Origin: Candidatus Atelocyanobacterium thalassa isolate ALOHA
GTDB lineage: Bacteria > Cyanobacteriota > Cyanobacteriia > Cyanobacteriales > Microcystaceae
DNA length: 32,000 nucleotides
Direction: 5' to 3'
Assembly (NCBI RefSeq): GCF_000025125.1
Contig: NC_013771.1
Coordinates: 840,001 to 872,000, forward strand
Position numbers and translations under genes: made by a program. Below the pieces are notes generated by a model that was given only the letters and a program-made list of their open reading frames with translations, made no database searches and had not been told where the DNA came from. Positions 30,111-32,000 of the stretch are shown here, in pieces (positions within the stretch are counted from its first letter, which is position 1; each line of letters starts with the position of its first letter).

Positions 30111-32000
30111 TTAATTAATAACATCAATTTCTTGAATTAGCCAACGATTATTTCTACGAAGCAAAGTATATTGTACTCTTAGAATATCATCATAAGAATA
30201 ACTCATAGTACCTTGGTGATAGTATTGACCGGTTTCCTTGATGTCAGCTTCGCCAGTAACTTGATCTAAATTATTTTGATTAGATTTCAGAGAATTAACT
30301 GTAATGTTATGGCTATAAACCCAATAACTTTGACTCTGTTTTAGTTTTTGGGCATGATTACGCCATTTTGAAAGTAAAGGATCAACTAAAATTTTATTTA
30401 ATGAATCAATATCATGATTTTCTCCAAATGCTTTAGATTTACTTGATAACCATACCTTAATTAATTGATGAAAACCTCTTGGTGTCAATACACCTGTTGT
30501 CTTGACAATTTGTTTATTAGCCAGAGGTATATTAATCAAAGGTTGGATAAGAGATACTTTGTATTGATTCCTCTCTAAAGCAAACAATGGAGAATTTATC
30601 TTATATGCTAAAACTAGACAAGTACTTGTTAAACTCACTCCACCCAAAATAATTAAAATATTTTTTCTAGATTTCAGGATAAAGTAACAACTCTCAACAT
30701 AATTATTTTTGAGTAGTATTTTTAAAAGTTGAGTAGTAGATAGAACTCCTTTATTAAACTGAACTCTAATAACTTTTTTTGTAAAGTTTCGTACGTAGTT
30801 TTTAACGTTTGATACGGAAAGGTTATTTTGTACCTTATAAGTTTTTTTAGTTTTTGAAGATAAAGGAATAGTGGGATTTTCCGTGGATAGAGAGTTCGGG
30901 AATGAAGTTAGGCTAGTTGGTTGAAATTTCTGTAAATTTTGTCTGTAGTTATAGTATTGGGAACTTTTTTTGAATGTATCAGTTGCAGGGGTTAAATCAT
31001 CTTTTCTATCAAGCTTTACAAAACCATCTAAATAGGTTTGAACTTGCTTGTCAAGAAAGTACTCTTGTAAAGAAATTGGTAATTCTTTTAGGTCTCTAAA
31101 AGAATTATAAACTTCAGTTTTTAACCATATTTCACTGTAAAGACATAAACCAGGTAATAAATCAGGAGAACCTTGAGAGTTGACTCTAATAAAATTTAAG
31201 ATTGGCTCGTTTTTTACCTTATTCAATAAAATTTTCTCAGCCAATTGCGTCTGCCCTAATAGTAGAGCTACAACAGTTTGTTCTATAGCAACTTTTTGAT
31301 GAGATTCTAGATTCTCAAGTATCGTTTGAGCTTCTAAAATTAAAAAAGGTTTTTTTCTAAAAAATCCAAGGGCTATTAAGATATATACTTTTAAGTAAGA
31401 TGCTACAAGAGAAGAAGAGTTTTTATAAGTATCTACAAAAATTTGTTTTTGTTCATCAATGGTCAAATGAATTCTAATTTGTTGAAGAAAGCTTAAAAAA
31501 TCATTGGTTTTAAGATTAGAAAGGCTTTTGGTTTGTTCATTAATTTTATGCCGATCTTCGAGCATACTTTTTAATAAATTAATTCCTTTTTGCCTGAGAG
31601 TTTGATAATGAATAGGGTAAGCTAGCAACTCTAAGATGCGATAAGGTCGTAGCTTATTAAGCTCTGAACAAATTTCTTCTTGTATAGACAAGAAAAAGCG
31701 ATTTTTTTCTAAAAATGCTAATCCTTTTAATCCAGCAGCAGCAGCTTTTTCATATGTCTTATCATGCCAAAGCTGCCGAGTAATTTCTAAATAAGCTAAA
31801 GAAATACTAAGGATTACATCCATTTTAATACTCTTTAAGCCACTGTCTTCTACATTCTTGGGGAAAGATTGAAGATGATTCTCTCCGTATTGTATGACCA
31901 ATTCATATTCGCTTAGTTCATAAAGTATTAAAAGAGCTCCAGAAAAATAATCTTCATGAATGTCAATACTTGAACTTTTTATAGAATTTTGTTCCTGGGT
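30111..32000 (-). CDS. Cell-division protein ZipN/Ftn2 (ARC6 homologue), C-terminal ~630 codons; the 5' end lies beyond the window
   Basis: The track start (31901) is a TTG. I checked that the frame stays open to position 32000 (...DIHEDYFSGALLILYELSEYELVIQYGENH...). It has a TM segment (ILIILGGVSLTSTCLVLAY) and a C-terminal ARC6-type IMS/DUF4101-like domain (WLSSKSKAFGENHD...RVQYTLLRRNNRWLIQEI). Confidence 0.8.
   Translation of the reverse strand, partial: TQEQNSIKSSSIDIHEDYFSGALLILYELSEYELVIQYGENHLQSFPKNVEDSGLKSIKMDVILSISLAYLEITRQLWHDKTYEKAAAAGLKGLAFLEKNRFFLSIQEEICSELNKLRPYRILELLAYPIHYQTLRQKGINLLKSMLEDRHKINEQTKSLSNLKTNDFLSFLQQIRIHLTIDEQKQIFVDTYKNSSSLVASYLKVYILIALGFFRKKPFLILEAQTILENLESHQKVAIEQTVVALLLGQTQLAEKILLNKVKNEPILNFIRVNSQGSPDLLPGLCLYSEIWLKTEVYNSFRDLKELPISLQEYFLDKQVQTYLDGFVKLDRKDDLTPATDTFKKSSQYYNYRQNLQKFQPTSLTSFPNSLSTENPTIPLSSKTKKTYKVQNNLSVSNVKNYVRNFTKKVIRVQFNKGVLSTTQLLKILLKNNYVESCYFILKSRKNILIILGGVSLTSTCLVLAYKINSPLFALERNQYKVSLIQPLINIPLANKQIVKTTGVLTPRGFHQLIKVWLSSKSKAFGENHDIDSLNKILVDPLLSKWRNHAQKLKQSQSYWVYSHNITVNSLKSNQNNLDQVTGEADIKETGQYYHQGTMSYSYDDILRVQYTLLRRNNRWLIQEIDVIN

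Overview
This is a very AT-rich, gene-dense cyanobacterial window, roughly 30% G+C by eye (not computed). It carries core housekeeping genes: sufBCDS (sufS runs off the left edge), secA, metG, acs, tatC, groES-groEL behind a perfect CIRCE operator, kaiC, scpB, pxcA/cemA, rpsU and a ZipN/ARC6-type division gene that runs off the right edge. Two tRNAs are present (Thr-UGU, Ser-UGA), along with a psaM gene too short for the ORF track. I found no CRISPR array, transposase, integrase, phage, toxin-antitoxin or defence-type genes, and I cannot honestly point to a novel multi-gene system. The composition, the long non-coding spacers and the gene content fit a genome-reduced cyanobacterium, such as a UCYN-A-like (Candidatus Atelocyanobacterium) or other Crocosphaera-clade endosymbiont. 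That assignment is inference and needs a database search. The most interesting signal is reductive evolution at the clock locus. kaiC is intact but has a shortened C-terminal tail. The 846-bp spacer upstream of it holds a stop-riddled, frameshifted relic of the kaiA C-terminal domain, and kaiB is absent. Other points are the missing sufR divergent from sufBCDS, two small ORFs absent from the track (psaM and a 31-aa hydrophobic peptide), an unusually long hairpin between groEL and kaiC, a perfect 15-bp inverted repeat inside the kaiA relic, and a conserved 704-aa protein with degenerate SF1-helicase-like motifs.
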